The translations under genes were made by a program, and so were the position numbers. This document shows, one piece after another, positions 9,169 through 19,014 of a stretch of DNA of 64,000 bases (positions within the stretch are counted from its first letter, which is position 1; each line of letters opens with the position of its first letter). Source of the stretch: Candidatus Lustribacter sp. (GTDB lineage Bacteria > Vulcanimicrobiota > Vulcanimicrobiia > Vulcanimicrobiales > Vulcanimicrobiaceae); assembly GCA_965277805.1 (NCBI GenBank), contig OZ255842.1:4768001-4832000 (forward strand), in the 5' to 3' direction. The notes below the pieces were generated by a model. That model did no database searches. It was not told the DNA's origin and was given only the letters and a program-made list of their open reading frames with translations.

Positions 9169-10140
9169 ATGCGTCGCATTTCGTTTGTGTCCGTACTCTG
9201 CGCTCTCGTTGCGTTAGCCGGTTGCGGCGGCGGCGGCAACGACTATTCGCCTCCGGCCCAGTCGACGTACGTGCCGCCGTCGGGTGGATCGTACGTCTAT
9301 ATCACCGACGGCGGCGGCAGCGTGCTGCAATTGCTGCAGTCGGCGACGGGCAACGTCAACCCGCTTTCGGTCATCTCCGGGCCGAATACGCAATTGCAAG
9401 GTGCGGCCGGCATCGTGCGCGATTCGGCGGGCAACATCTACGTCGCCGATCAGACGTCCAACAACGTGACGGTCTACCCGCCCGCGATCGCCGGCAACGT
9501 GACGCCGAAGTTCCAGATCGCCGGCGCGTTGACGGGCCTGGCGTCGCCTCGCGGGCTCGCGATCGACGGCGCGGGCCGGCTCGTCGTGGTCAACACCAGC
9601 GGCAATTCGGTGACGATCTTCGCCGCCGCGGCGAACGGGAACGTCGCGCCCGCCGTCACGATCGCGGGAACGGCGACCGGCCTCAACACGCCCGCGGCCG
9701 TCGCGCTCGATGCGGCCGGCAACCTGTACGTCGCGAACGAGTCGGGGTCGATCACGGTCTTTGCGAGCGGTGCCAACGGCAACGTTGCGCCGATCCGCAC
9801 GATCACCGGTACCGCGACGGGGCTCAACGTGCCGAGCGGCGTGTGCCTCGATGCGAGCGGCAACCTCTACGTGACCAACGCGAACGGAAACAGCGTCACC
9901 GAATACGCCGCCGGTGCGAACGGCAACGCCGCGCCCACGCTGACGATCGCCGGATCGAGCACGCAGCTCGCCTTCCCGCAAGACATCGTCATCGGCAGCG
10001 GCGGCAACCTGTTCGTGACGAACTTCAGCGTGCCGGGCGTTCCCGGCATCTTGACCGTGTTCGCGCCCGGCGCCAACGGCAACGTCGCGCCGATCCAGAG
10101 CGTGACGCGCTTCGTCGGCCCGATCGGCATCAGCCTCTAG
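9169..10140 (+). CDS. NHL-repeat (beta-propeller) lipoprotein
   Basis: Lipobox LAGC; about six repeats of P.G.A.D..GNLYV.N...SVT.FA.GANGNVAP..TI.G. Confidence 0.85.
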   Translation: MRRISFVSVLCALVALAGCGGGGNDYSPPAQSTYVPPSGGSYVYITDGGGSVLQLLQSATGNVNPLSVISGPNTQLQGAAGIVRDSAGNIYVADQTSNNVTVYPPAIAGNVTPKFQIAGALTGLASPRGLAIDGAGRLVVVNTSGNSVTIFAAAANGNVAPAVTIAGTATGLNTPAAVALDAAGNLYVANESGSITVFASGANGNVAPIRTITGTATGLNVPSGVCLDASGNLYVTNANGNSVTEYAAGANGNAAPTLTIAGSSTQLAFPQDIVIGSGGNLFVTNFSVPGVPGILTVFAPGANGNVAPIQSVTRFVGPIGISL

Positions 10141-10144
10141 ACGA

Positions 10145-11623
10145 TTACTCGCAGCGAACGAGACCGCGCACGAGGAGCGCGACGAGTTCGCGCGCGGCAT
10201 CCGGTTCGGCGATGTCGCGCACGCGCAGGCCGCCGGCGGCGACGCGCATGAGTACCGCGAAGGCACCGCGTGAGACCGCGGTGTTTTCGTGAATCGACCG
10301 GGGGCCTGGGGCGGCGTAACACGACGTGCTCACGGTTCCATCGGGCGCCCGTTCCGCGATATCGACGAGCCGCAATTCGGGCGCGAGCGACAAGCGCGCA
10401 TCTTCGATGTTGCCGGCGAGCAAGCGGCGTTGATGCGCGAACCAGGCGCCGACGTCGGCCGAGATCGCGCTGTTGAGCATCGCGCCGGTGCGTTGCAGCA
10501 ATGCCGGTCCGGGCAGTCCGTCTTGGACGATGTAGCCGAAATCGAGCGTCTTGATGCCGGCACCATCGAAATGCTGCAAGAGCCGCACGGTCTCCGTTTG
10601 GCGCTCGCCCCCGGAGCGCCGGCGATGCGCGGCGTGCGACTCGGCGTACTCGAGCAAGTCGTAATGACGCTGCACGAGGACCAGCGTGCGTCGCGTTTCG
10701 CCTTGCCAGTGAGCGATCCGTTCCGCGAGCGATGCGACGTTGGTTAAATCGGCGACGATCGTGAGCGCACCGCCTGGTTCCAGCCGCGTGACGGCGCCCG
10801 CGAGAACTCGGCGCACGACGTCGTCGCCGGTCGCGCCGCCGCCGCGATAGAGCAGTTCGTCGTCGCCGGGCGGCCACGGGACGAACGGCGGGTTCGCCAC
10901 GATCGTGTCGAAGCGCGCGTTCCCGAGTGCTTCGTAGACGTCGCTGAGCACGAAGTCCGCACGCTCGATAGAGTTCGCCGCGGCGTTGAAACGGGCGAAG
11001 CGGAGTGCGCGCGGGTTGATGTCCACCCCGGTGACGTGCGTGCTGTACGCGGCCGCGGCCAGCGTCTGCGCGCCGGAGCCGCAACAGATGTCGAGCGCGG
11101 CCTTGCGCGGCGCGTGCGGAGCGACGCGCTCGAGTCCGACGGAGTCGCCGCCCGGCGGCATCACGTAGTCCGGAAACAGGTCGCGCGGCCAGAACGCGTT
11201 GTAGGCGCGCGCATCGGCGAAGATCAGCACCCCCGCAAACCACGACGCGCTGACGAGCGAGCGAAGCTGCCCGTCGACCTCAACCAGCGCCGCCATCTCG
11301 CGCAGCAGATCCACAGCCGCATCGCCCAGCCACGCGCGCAGTTCGGGCTCCGTCTGCGGTTCGTGCAACACGAAGAAGCGCGCGGCCGCCCCGGCTTCAT
11401 CCGGCGGCAACATCAGCGCATCGTAGAAGGCGGTTCGGGTCGCGCGCACGTCGGCGACATCGGCCAGTCCGAAAAGCGCGGCCGCGCGATCCGGTCCGAA
11501 GCCGGTGGCGATCAGCCGTTCGCGAAGCGCCGTCGCCGACTCGCGGTGAGCTTGATTGCGAGGATCGAATGCTGCGAAGGTAGCGGCGCCGAAATGGCGC
11601 GCGCTATATTCGTCAGCGTTCAC
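10145..11623 (-). CDS. class I SAM-dependent methyltransferase (NPPF type) with N- and C-terminal extensions
   Basis: LDICCGSG motif I, VDINPRA, FDTIVANPPF. Confidence 0.85.
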   Translation of the reverse strand: MNADEYSARHFGAATFAAFDPRNQAHRESATALRERLIATGFGPDRAAALFGLADVADVRATRTAFYDALMLPPDEAGAAARFFVLHEPQTEPELRAWLGDAAVDLLREMAALVEVDGQLRSLVSASWFAGVLIFADARAYNAFWPRDLFPDYVMPPGGDSVGLERVAPHAPRKAALDICCGSGAQTLAAAAYSTHVTGVDINPRALRFARFNAAANSIERADFVLSDVYEALGNARFDTIVANPPFVPWPPGDDELLYRGGGATGDDVVRRVLAGAVTRLEPGGALTIVADLTNVASLAERIAHWQGETRRTLVLVQRHYDLLEYAESHAAHRRRSGGERQTETVRLLQHFDGAGIKTLDFGYIVQDGLPGPALLQRTGAMLNSAISADVGAWFAHQRRLLAGNIEDARLSLAPELRLVDIAERAPDGTVSTSCYAAPGPRSIHENTAVSRGAFAVLMRVAAGGLRVRDIAEPDAARELVALLVRGLVRCE

Positions 11624-12894
11624 TAGAAGCGGGCGATGAGTTCCCGTTCGAGCAGTTCTTGCCAGCGGCTACCGCGCGGGATCTCCAAGTCGACCGGCCG
11701 CACTTGGCTGTAGTCGACCGGGTTCGTCCCCTTCGGCGCTTGGCCGCGTTCGACGGCGTCGAGCGCTTCGAACAGCAGTTGCCGCGCCGCGATGATGGCC
11801 CGGTCGCTCGTTCCGAGATGCTCGTGCGTGCGGTCGCAGATCGGCCCCATGCCTTCTTGCAACGCGTAGTCTTGCGTGTTGATGCCCTTGATGCCGGTGA
11901 ACGTCTTCGTGCGCTGCAGCTCGCGATCGATCAAGTAGTCGTTGTCGCGATTGCGTTTGAGGCGGTACGTGCCCGGGATGTAATCTTCGGGACCGCGGCC
12001 CGAATAGATCTCGTGGCCGATCGCGTGTTCCTCATCGAGCGGGATCGCCGGATCGTACGAGTAGATCCAGTTGTACGTGAACGTCGTCTCGTCGTCGATC
12101 GGAACCCACAGGTGACCGTGCAGCGTCGGGACTTCCTTTTTGCCGCCGGCCGATTCGGTCACGCCGCCGCGCAGTTGCTGCGCCGGCAGCACGTAGTGAT
12201 ACACGCGCGCGTAATCTTGGACTTCGTTGAGCCGCCGAATGCCCGCGTAGCGGAAGCCGTACGACGTTTTCTCGACTTCGATGTGGGGTGCGGTGTCGGC
12301 GTTGCGCAGCAGCTTCTTGTTGTTGATGTCCTGGTTGTGCACGAACGACGAGTGTGACGTATCGATGCCGCCTTCGAGCGCCTGCAGCCAGTTCGCTTGC
12401 TCGAACGTTTTCGAGACGTGCCGGTGCGTGTCGGGCGCGCGCAGCAATTCGTAATCGGGTGCGGGCGGCTGGAATTCTTCGGGCCCCAAGTAGGCCCACA
12501 CCATGCCGCCGCGTTCGCTGGTGGGATAGGCGCCGATGCGGACCTTCGTCTTGAACAGCGAATCCGGCGGTTCGCTCGGCATGTCGACGCACTCGCCGCT
12601 GCGATCGAACTTCCAGCCGTGGTACACGCAGCGCATGCCGCACTCTTCGTTGCGGCCGAAGAACATCGGCGCGCGGCGATGCGGGCAGAACGCATCGATC
12701 AAGCCGACGTCGCCGTTCGTATCGCGGAAGGCAACCAGATCTTCGCCTAGCAAGCGGACGCGGACCGGCGGGCCGTCGGGTTCGGGCACTTCCGAACTCA
12801 GGAGCGCCGGCTGCCAATAGCGGCGCATCAAATTGCCCATCGGCGTCCCCGGGCCGACTCGCGTTAGGCGGGCATTTTCTTCGGCTGTGAGCAT
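11623..12894 (-). CDS. Rieske oxygenase alpha subunit (phthalate 4,5-dioxygenase/LigX-like)
   Basis: LTRVGPGTPMG N-terminus; CPH...CVYHGW Rieske motif; EGGIDTSHSSFVH mononuclear iron site. Confidence 0.92.
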   Translation of the reverse strand: MLTAEENARLTRVGPGTPMGNLMRRYWQPALLSSEVPEPDGPPVRVRLLGEDLVAFRDTNGDVGLIDAFCPHRRAPMFFGRNEECGMRCVYHGWKFDRSGECVDMPSEPPDSLFKTKVRIGAYPTSERGGMVWAYLGPEEFQPPAPDYELLRAPDTHRHVSKTFEQANWLQALEGGIDTSHSSFVHNQDINNKKLLRNADTAPHIEVEKTSYGFRYAGIRRLNEVQDYARVYHYVLPAQQLRGGVTESAGGKKEVPTLHGHLWVPIDDETTFTYNWIYSYDPAIPLDEEHAIGHEIYSGRGPEDYIPGTYRLKRNRDNDYLIDRELQRTKTFTGIKGINTQDYALQEGMGPICDRTHEHLGTSDRAIIAARQLLFEALDAVERGQAPKGTNPVDYSQVRPVDLEIPRGSRWQELLERELIARF

Positions 12895-12910
12895 GGGGAA
12901 GGGTTCTCGG

Positions 12911-14269
12911 CTAGTCGGTCCGGCCCCCGCGCAGCCGCTCGAGCTGCGCCGTCAGATCGGCGATCTGTGCTTGCTGACGCGCATTTTCGGTGCGTAGGGT
13001 CGCCAGCTCGCCCGGCTCGCCCGGTTCGGCGACCGGCTCACCGCCCTCAGGCAAAACGCGGGTCCGCAGTGCCTCGGTCGCGTGTTCTTCCAGCCACTTG
13101 AACGCGAACGCGATGCCCAGCGAAATCGCGGCCGCGATCCAGCGTGACATCCGGAAGTCTTCCAGCAGCGTGCCGAAGAGGTAGTCGAGCAGCGCGAAGA
13201 TCGTGGCCAAGATCGTCGTAAGCACGACGAATACGAGCGCGCGCTCGATGACGACGCGAATCTCCAGCACGTGGTGGCGGATGACGGCATGCGCGACGGT
13301 CAGCGGCAGCAGCACGTTCAGCGAGGTCAGCGCAAGCACGACGCTGAGCGGCGCTGCGGTCGCGAGGATCGTGCTGAACACCAGCGTCGTCCCGATATAA
13401 TTGCAAAGCAAACCGAAGCCGAAGCCGGCCAGCACCCAGCGCACGCGTTCGCGCTCGGCAGGTTCGATGCGCCGGTAACTGTCGCATAACACGAGCATCG
13501 CCAGCACGTACACCGCGCCGAAAGCACCCTGCAGGACGCGGTTCTCGAATTGCGCGCCGCGCGCGAGCAGCAGGTTCGCGATGTCGGGATAGAGCGTCAT
13601 CGCCGCCAGCACGACGAACAGGACCGGCAGCAGCGCGCGAATGCGCGAGCGCCACGCGACGTCGAACGGGCGCGGAAAGTCGAGCGCAAACAGCACGAGA
13701 CCCGCGACGCCCGCGTTCTGAACGATGTCGTAGAAGACCGTTGCGGCCAAGGCCGCACCGGCGCTCGGCCACGGCAGCGCATACATCGCCGTCGGCAGCG
13801 TGAGCAAGCAGTAGAGGCCGAAGCCCCAGGTGGCGTAGCTCGGGCGCAGGAGCATCAACGTCGCGCCGACCGCGATGAAGACGAGCGACGCAGCGCACAG
13901 GAACAACAGCGCGACGCGCTCGGAGGCGTCGAGCGGCGCGGCGATGGCGATCAAGTGCGCGCTGCGGTTGATGCCGTCGTGCGTATAGGCGACGTCGACG
14001 GCCGTGCCGGGCGGCGGATTGGTGCCGGCGCCCGAAACGAAGCGCCGCTCTTCGAACGGTACGGCGTCGAGGCGAATGCGATCGCCGGCTGCGATGCCCG
14101 CGCGCGCAGCCGGACCGCCGGGGCTGACGGCGCGAACCGTCGCGCCGTAATCGCTCGCGAGGCCGATCGATCCGGGCGTTTGCCAAAACGTCGATGCGGC
14201 CGCGTAGACGCCCAGCAATGCATATGCAACCAGCAGCAAGACGGCGAAACGCAGGGCGAGTTGCCTCAC
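12911..14269 (-). CDS. PDZ-domain multi-pass membrane protein
   Basis: VSPGGPAARAGIAAGDRI PDZ motif, many TM helices, short coiled-coil tail; likely GTG start at 14269. Confidence 0.75.
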   Translation of the reverse strand: MRQLALRFAVLLLVAYALLGVYAAASTFWQTPGSIGLASDYGATVRAVSPGGPAARAGIAAGDRIRLDAVPFEERRFVSGAGTNPPPGTAVDVAYTHDGINRSAHLIAIAAPLDASERVALLFLCAASLVFIAVGATLMLLRPSYATWGFGLYCLLTLPTAMYALPWPSAGAALAATVFYDIVQNAGVAGLVLFALDFPRPFDVAWRSRIRALLPVLFVVLAAMTLYPDIANLLLARGAQFENRVLQGAFGAVYVLAMLVLCDSYRRIEPAERERVRWVLAGFGFGLLCNYIGTTLVFSTILATAAPLSVVLALTSLNVLLPLTVAHAVIRHHVLEIRVVIERALVFVVLTTILATIFALLDYLFGTLLEDFRMSRWIAAAISLGIAFAFKWLEEHATEALRTRVLPEGGEPVAEPGEPGELATLRTENARQQAQIADLTAQLERLRGGRTD

Positions 14270-14323
14270 GGGCTCGGCGTTTGCGAGAAGGTCCGGGACG
14301 CCTGCTCGCCTGAAGCTCGCGCG

Positions 14324-14872
14324 ATGACGCTGCCGGATCTGCTGCGCCGCGATCTCGACGTCGTCTTCGTCGGCATCAACCCGTCGGTGTACTCGGCCGA
14401 GCGCGGGCACTACTTCGCCCGCGGCAGCAATCGTTTTTGGCCCTGCATCTCGCGCTCGAGGCTCACGCAACGTGCGCGCGCGGGCCTCGGCGTCGAAGTG
14501 CTCGGCCCCGAGAACGACCGGGCGCTGCTACGCTACGGCATCGGCTTCACCGATCTGGTCAAGCGGCCCACGCCGAAGGCGAGCGATCTGTCGCGGGCGG
14601 AACTCGCCGCCGGCGTCGACGCGTTGCTGAAGAAGATCGCGCGCTATCGTCCGCGGATCGCGTGTTTTCACGGCGTGACCGGTTATCGCTTCGTGCACGC
14701 CCTGCTGACGGAAACGGCCGCAGCGGTAGAACTCGGCCTGCAAGAGGTGCGCGCCGGCACGACACGGCTGTATCTCGTGCCGAACCCGAGCGGTGCGAAC
14801 GCGCACTTCTCCCGGGCGGATCAAACGCGCTGGTACGACGCTTTGGCGGACGAGCTGGGTGGAATTCGGTAA
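14324..14872 (+). CDS. mug: G/U mismatch-specific DNA glycosylase
   Basis: LPDLL...VFVGINPS, HYFARGSNRFW, PNPSG motifs. Confidence 0.9.
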   Translation: MTLPDLLRRDLDVVFVGINPSVYSAERGHYFARGSNRFWPCISRSRLTQRARAGLGVEVLGPENDRALLRYGIGFTDLVKRPTPKASDLSRAELAAGVDALLKKIARYRPRIACFHGVTGYRFVHALLTETAAAVELGLQEVRAGTTRLYLVPNPSGANAHFSRADQTRWYDALADELGGIR

Positions 14873-14893
14873 CGTGCTGTCCAAGGCGGCGCC

Positions 14894-15214
14894 ATGAGCG
14901 TAGTTTTTCACGAGGCCGCCAAGGTCTCCGACGTGGCGCAGGATTCGGCGGTTCATCTCAAGGTCGCCGATCGCGAGATTGCGCTGATCAACTTGGCGGG
15001 TACGCTCTACGCGATCGGCGGAATCTGTACGCACGGTGCGGCGCGTCTGGCCGACGGTTACATCGAGGGCGAGCTGATCGAGTGTCCGCAGCACGCCGGA
15101 ACGTTTGAGATCAAGACGGGCAAAGCGGTCGATTACCCGTGCACGGTCAACGTGAAAAAGTACGACGTGCGCATCGACGGCGAAACCGTGATGATCGGAT
15201 GGGAGCCGCTGTAA
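14894..15214 (+). CDS. Rieske-type ferredoxin (dioxygenase ferredoxin subunit)
   Basis: CTHG...IECPQH motif, 106 aa. Confidence 0.9.
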   Translation: MSVVFHEAAKVSDVAQDSAVHLKVADREIALINLAGTLYAIGGICTHGAARLADGYIEGELIECPQHAGTFEIKTGKAVDYPCTVNVKKYDVRIDGETVMIGWEPL

Positions 15215-15217
15215 ACC

Positions 15218-15490
15218 ATGTGCCGCAACATTCGCACCCTGTTCAACTTCGAGCCGCCCGCGACCGACGATGAGGTGCGCGCGGCGTCGCTGCAGTTCGT
15301 GCGCAAGATCTCCGGCTTCACGAAGCCGTCAGCGGTCAACGAAGCCGCGTTCAATACGGCCGTGGACGAGGTGACGGCTGTCGCGCGCGAATTGCTCGGC
15401 AAGCTGGTCACGACCGCTGCGCCGCACGATCGCGACGTATGGATCGCGAAGGCCAAGGCGCGCGCGGCGGAGCGCTACGCCAAGACCTGA
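15218..15490 (+). CDS. DUF2277 family protein
   Basis: MCRNIRTLFNFEPPATDDEVRAASLQFVRKISG signature. Confidence 0.88.
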   Translation: MCRNIRTLFNFEPPATDDEVRAASLQFVRKISGFTKPSAVNEAAFNTAVDEVTAVARELLGKLVTTAAPHDRDVWIAKAKARAAERYAKT

Positions 15491-16515
15491 GTTTCGCGCG
15501 CCAGTAGCTTCTCGAGCACGCGCCGCATGTGTACGCGCGCGCCGTCGGCCACGATGTTGACGAGCCCGTCTTCGCCGAGTTCTTTCAAGCGCATTTGCTG
15601 TTGCTGCACGATGTATTGATCTTCGCGAAAGGCGGCTGAGACCTCGTCGAAGATCTTTTGCGTCGAGGCCGGGTCGTGCGGCGCGAAGCCGTTGAGCGTC
15701 GACCAGAAATAGTGACACGTCGTTTCGGTTTCGGGCGTGAGACCGTGGAAGATGCGCATCGAGAAGCCGCCGTCGCGTTTGCCCTGATCGTAGGCGCCGG
15801 TACCGGCGTTGGTTGCGCCGACCCATTGCAGCACGACGGCCGGTGCGACGAATTCGAACTCTTGCCAGCGGTCGATACGATCGGCCAGCGTGGGCACGGC
15901 CTTCTTGTACGTCGGCGGTGCGGGCGAATTGAGCATCCAGCGCGTGAACTTCAGGCCCGTTTCGGTAGGCTGCGTATCCATGATCGCGTCGACGTGCGAT
16001 TGCGGGTAGCCGCCGATCGTTCCGACGTGCACGTAGCCCAAGTGCGTGAGGTCCATCAGGTTGTCGACCATCAGGCTCGCGCTGCCCTCGATCGGGTACA
16101 TCGTGTGCTTGTGCGGCCAGTGTGCCGTATCGTTGTGAAACGGATAGCCGACGATCGTGCTCGGATCGGCCGCGGCCGGATCGCCGAGCCAGACCCACAG
16201 CAGCGCGTCCTTTTCCACCAGCGGAAAGCTCTTCACGCGGGCCTTCGCCGGTATGTGGACTTGCCCCGGAATGTGCACGCACGCGCCGTCGCCCGCATAC
16301 ACCATGCCGTGGTAGCCGCACTCGAGCCCGTTCGAGACGACCTTGCCGCAGCTCAGCGGCGCGCCGCGGTGACAGCACATGTCGAGCAGCGCTGCAGCTT
16401 TGCCCGCTTCGTCGCGGAACAGCACGACGGGTTCGTCGAGAATCCGCCGTGCTACCGGCTTATCGGTGACTTCATCGGCCCAGGCCGCAACGTACCACGC
16501 GTTCCTGATGAACAT
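15475..16515 (-). CDS. Rieske oxygenase, VanA (vanillate O-demethylase)-like
   Basis: RNAWYVAAW, CCHRG...CGYHG, DNLMDLTHLGYVH. Confidence 0.9.
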   Translation of the reverse strand: MFIRNAWYVAAWADEVTDKPVARRILDEPVVLFRDEAGKAAALLDMCCHRGAPLSCGKVVSNGLECGYHGMVYAGDGACVHIPGQVHIPAKARVKSFPLVEKDALLWVWLGDPAAADPSTIVGYPFHNDTAHWPHKHTMYPIEGSASLMVDNLMDLTHLGYVHVGTIGGYPQSHVDAIMDTQPTETGLKFTRWMLNSPAPPTYKKAVPTLADRIDRWQEFEFVAPAVVLQWVGATNAGTGAYDQGKRDGGFSMRIFHGLTPETETTCHYFWSTLNGFAPHDPASTQKIFDEVSAAFREDQYIVQQQQMRLKELGEDGLVNIVADGARVHMRRVLEKLLARETQVLA

Positions 16516-16536
16516 TAGACCCCTCCGCAGGAAGAG

Positions 16537-17145
16537 TTACCGGACGGATGGCGCTCGCAGATACCGCTCGATCGTTTCGTCGTTGAGCTCGACGCCGGGG
16601 TCAAACTCGGGCGCCGTTTCGATCTGTTCGAGATCGTTCAGACCGCAGTACTTGTAAATGCGATTGGTCGCGCTCACGAGCCGCGCCGGCTGCGCCGGAT
16701 CGGCATTGAAGTGCTGGCTGATCGTGTTGGGCGGGATGTAGATCATGTCGCCGGCTTCCCACTCGAAGCGCTTCTCTTCATCTTGCGGCGTCCAGTGGTA
16801 CGTGTCGGTGATCTCGACGTCGCAGTCGGTGTGCACGTCGTAGCCGCGGCCTTCGAGCACGTAGAGGCACTCTTCGGCGAGCTGACGGTGTTTGCCCGAG
16901 CGGCTGCCGGGCGGGATGATCTGCATGTAGATGTCGACCGTCTCGACGCGAGCGTTCATCTTGTCGTTGACGAGGTGCTTGATCAGCCCGTGGGGTGACA
17001 TCTCCCACGGCATCTCTTCGGGCGTGATGATCTTCTTGCGGGCCGCATCGCGAATGGGCCGCTCGGCCGCGTCCTTCAGCGCCTCTGCGTAAAAACTCGC
17101 TTTGCCTTTGCCGGCGCGCCAGCTCTTCGATTCTTGCCAAGCCAT
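16537..17145 (-). CDS. cupin domain protein
   Basis: IPPGSRSGKHRQLAEECLYVLEGRG...WEAGDMIYIPPNTISQHFN. Confidence 0.85.
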   Translation of the reverse strand: MAWQESKSWRAGKGKASFYAEALKDAAERPIRDAARKKIITPEEMPWEMSPHGLIKHLVNDKMNARVETVDIYMQIIPPGSRSGKHRQLAEECLYVLEGRGYDVHTDCDVEITDTYHWTPQDEEKRFEWEAGDMIYIPPNTISQHFNADPAQPARLVSATNRIYKYCGLNDLEQIETAPEFDPGVELNDETIERYLRAPSVR

Positions 17146-17155
17146 CGTCTGCTAC

Positions 17156-17761
17156 CTAATCGCCGTGCGCGTGGGAGTGCGAGTGCGAATGGTCGTGGTC
17201 ATGGTCATGGTCATGGTCGTGATTGTAGTCGACATCGTGACGCGGCTCGAAGTCGCCCTGCGTCGGGGTCGGCTCTTTCGGTCGGTCGGTGACCTTCTTC
17301 TGAAAGAGCATGTTCATGAACATGTACATCGGCTTCGTCTTGATGACGAGCGCGCGCGCCGGTTCGTGGGCATCGGCGTTATTGTGTTCGTGCACGCAGT
17401 TGTTGTGGACGATCGCGACGTCGCCGGCTTTCCAGGTGTACTTGATGCCGTCGTGGATCTCGAAACCCTTACCGTCGAGGATGTAGAAGATCGCTTCATT
17501 CACGTGCCCGTGCATCTGCGACTTGCCGCCCGGGGCGTATTCTTCGAGATGGATGTGCAGCGTCTGTCCGAGGCCGTCTTCGGGCTCCATGTAGTGCTTG
17601 GAAAACGCTTGCGGGCCGGACGCGAATTTGACCTCGCTGCCCTTTTGGACGCGCGGCAGGCTGCGCAGGCGCGTCAACTCGTGCTTGAGGCTGTACTCGC
17701 CGCTGATCTCGCGGACGAAGACGCGCTTATGCGTCGGATCGTAGTGCGATTTGTTGCCCAT
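17156..17761 (-). CDS. cupin domain protein with His-rich C-terminus
   Basis: HGHVNEAIFYILDGKG...WKAGDVAIVHNNCVHEH; tail HDHDHDHDHSHSHSHAHGD. Confidence 0.85.
   Translation of the reverse strand: MGNKSHYDPTHKRVFVREISGEYSLKHELTRLRSLPRVQKGSEVKFASGPQAFSKHYMEPEDGLGQTLHIHLEEYAPGGKSQMHGHVNEAIFYILDGKGFEIHDGIKYTWKAGDVAIVHNNCVHEHNNADAHEPARALVIKTKPMYMFMNMLFQKKVTDRPKEPTPTQGDFEPRHDVDYNHDHDHDHDHDHSHSHSHAHGD
17165..17222 (-). repeat. imperfect hexanucleotide tandem repeat encoding (His-Asp)n(His-Ser)n
   Basis: GGTCAT/GGTCGT and GAGTGC/GAGTGG units visible in the sequence. Confidence 0.7.
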
Positions 17762-17838
17762 ATACGGGCATTTCCGAGGATTTCGCGGCCTACCTGCGGC
17801 TGCCGGGTGCCAAAAAACCGGCAGCCTGAGCAGCTAGC

Positions 17839-19014
17839 CTATTTCAGCGGTGCGCCGCCCGGGAGGGTGAGCGGGATGCCGGCTTCGTTGACCGGGTCCC
17901 AACGGACCATGACCAGCGCGTCGTCGCCGATCCCGCGCTGCGGGTACTTCGTGAAGTCGTAGAGACCGTTGATGCCGGTCCAGCCGTGCAGGTTGTTCAC
18001 GTAATCGCGCACCTGCGCTGGCGTGGCGTCGAGCCCGAGCTTCTGCAGGGCGCCGACCATGATGAGGATCTGATCCCAGACTTGGCCTTCGCCGCTCGGA
18101 TGCGAGCCGGCGGCGCGAAAGAGATCGTAGTAGCGGGTGAGCGCGTCTCTGGCCGGGCCCTTCGGCAATTGGTCGGGCGCGAGGAACGAGCGCAGGTTCG
18201 GGAAGATCAGTTCCTTCGGCATGATCGTTTTGTACTGGCGCAATTGGACCGCAAGGGCGTTGGCTGGGGTCGAGATGACGGGCAGGTCGAGCCCGGCATC
18301 GCGCACGCCGCGCAAGATCGTGCCGAACGGCGCGCCGGTGGCCCAGCCGATGATCACTTGGGCCCCCGATGCGCGAAACTTCGCCATCTGCGGCGCCACG
18401 TTGGTGTCGGTGGGATTGAAGTGCTCGCGTTCGACGATACCGAGTGCGTGGTTCTCCGGCGCGGCGAACACGGCGTCGATCGCGCGATCGGCGTCTTGTC
18501 CGGTCGCATCGGTCGACGTGAGCACGGCCACCTTCGTCAGTCCGCGGTCGCGCATGTAGCGGGCGGCGACGCGCAAGAACGAGCCGGCGTCAACGCCGGA
18601 CGAATAGACGTACGTACCGGCGGCGGGACGAATCCCCGGCGAAAAGCAGTACTCGAGCGGACCGTCTTTGTTCAGCGACGCCATCGCGTTGCACGTTGCC
18701 GACAGACTCGAACCGAGCACGAACGGTACTTTCTTCACGATCAGCGCGTTGAACAGTTGCACGGCGACCGACGGGTCGGACTGATCGTCGGCGACGTTGA
18801 ACTTAATCTGCCGGCCGCGCACGCCGCCCGACTTGTTGACCATCGCTTCCGCAATGTTGAGCGCGTTGATCTCGACCGTCGATACGAAGGCACCGCCGCC
18901 GGTTACGGGCAGCACCACGTCGATTACGTAGGGATCGGCGGCCAGCGCCGGCGTTAACGGCAAGAGCGCGACGAGCAGCGCGAGCGCAGCGGCGAGGACG
19001 TTCGTTTTACGCAA
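17839..19014 (-). CDS. branched-chain amino acid-type ABC transporter substrate-binding protein
   Basis: Likely TTG start MRKTNVLAAALALL signal peptide; VNKSGGVRGRQI, DDQSDP motifs. Confidence 0.85.
   Translation of the reverse strand: MRKTNVLAAALALLVALLPLTPALAADPYVIDVVLPVTGGGAFVSTVEINALNIAEAMVNKSGGVRGRQIKFNVADDQSDPSVAVQLFNALIVKKVPFVLGSSLSATCNAMASLNKDGPLEYCFSPGIRPAAGTYVYSSGVDAGSFLRVAARYMRDRGLTKVAVLTSTDATGQDADRAIDAVFAAPENHALGIVEREHFNPTDTNVAPQMAKFRASGAQVIIGWATGAPFGTILRGVRDAGLDLPVISTPANALAVQLRQYKTIMPKELIFPNLRSFLAPDQLPKGPARDALTRYYDLFRAAGSHPSGEGQVWDQILIMVGALQKLGLDATPAQVRDYVNNLHGWTGINGLYDFTKYPQRGIGDDALVMVRWDPVNEAGIPLTLPGGAPLK

Noticed and set aside
9300-10110. Recurring GCCAACGGCAACGT-like repeats
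   Set aside because: Coding NHL propeller repeats, not a CRISPR or other non-coding array
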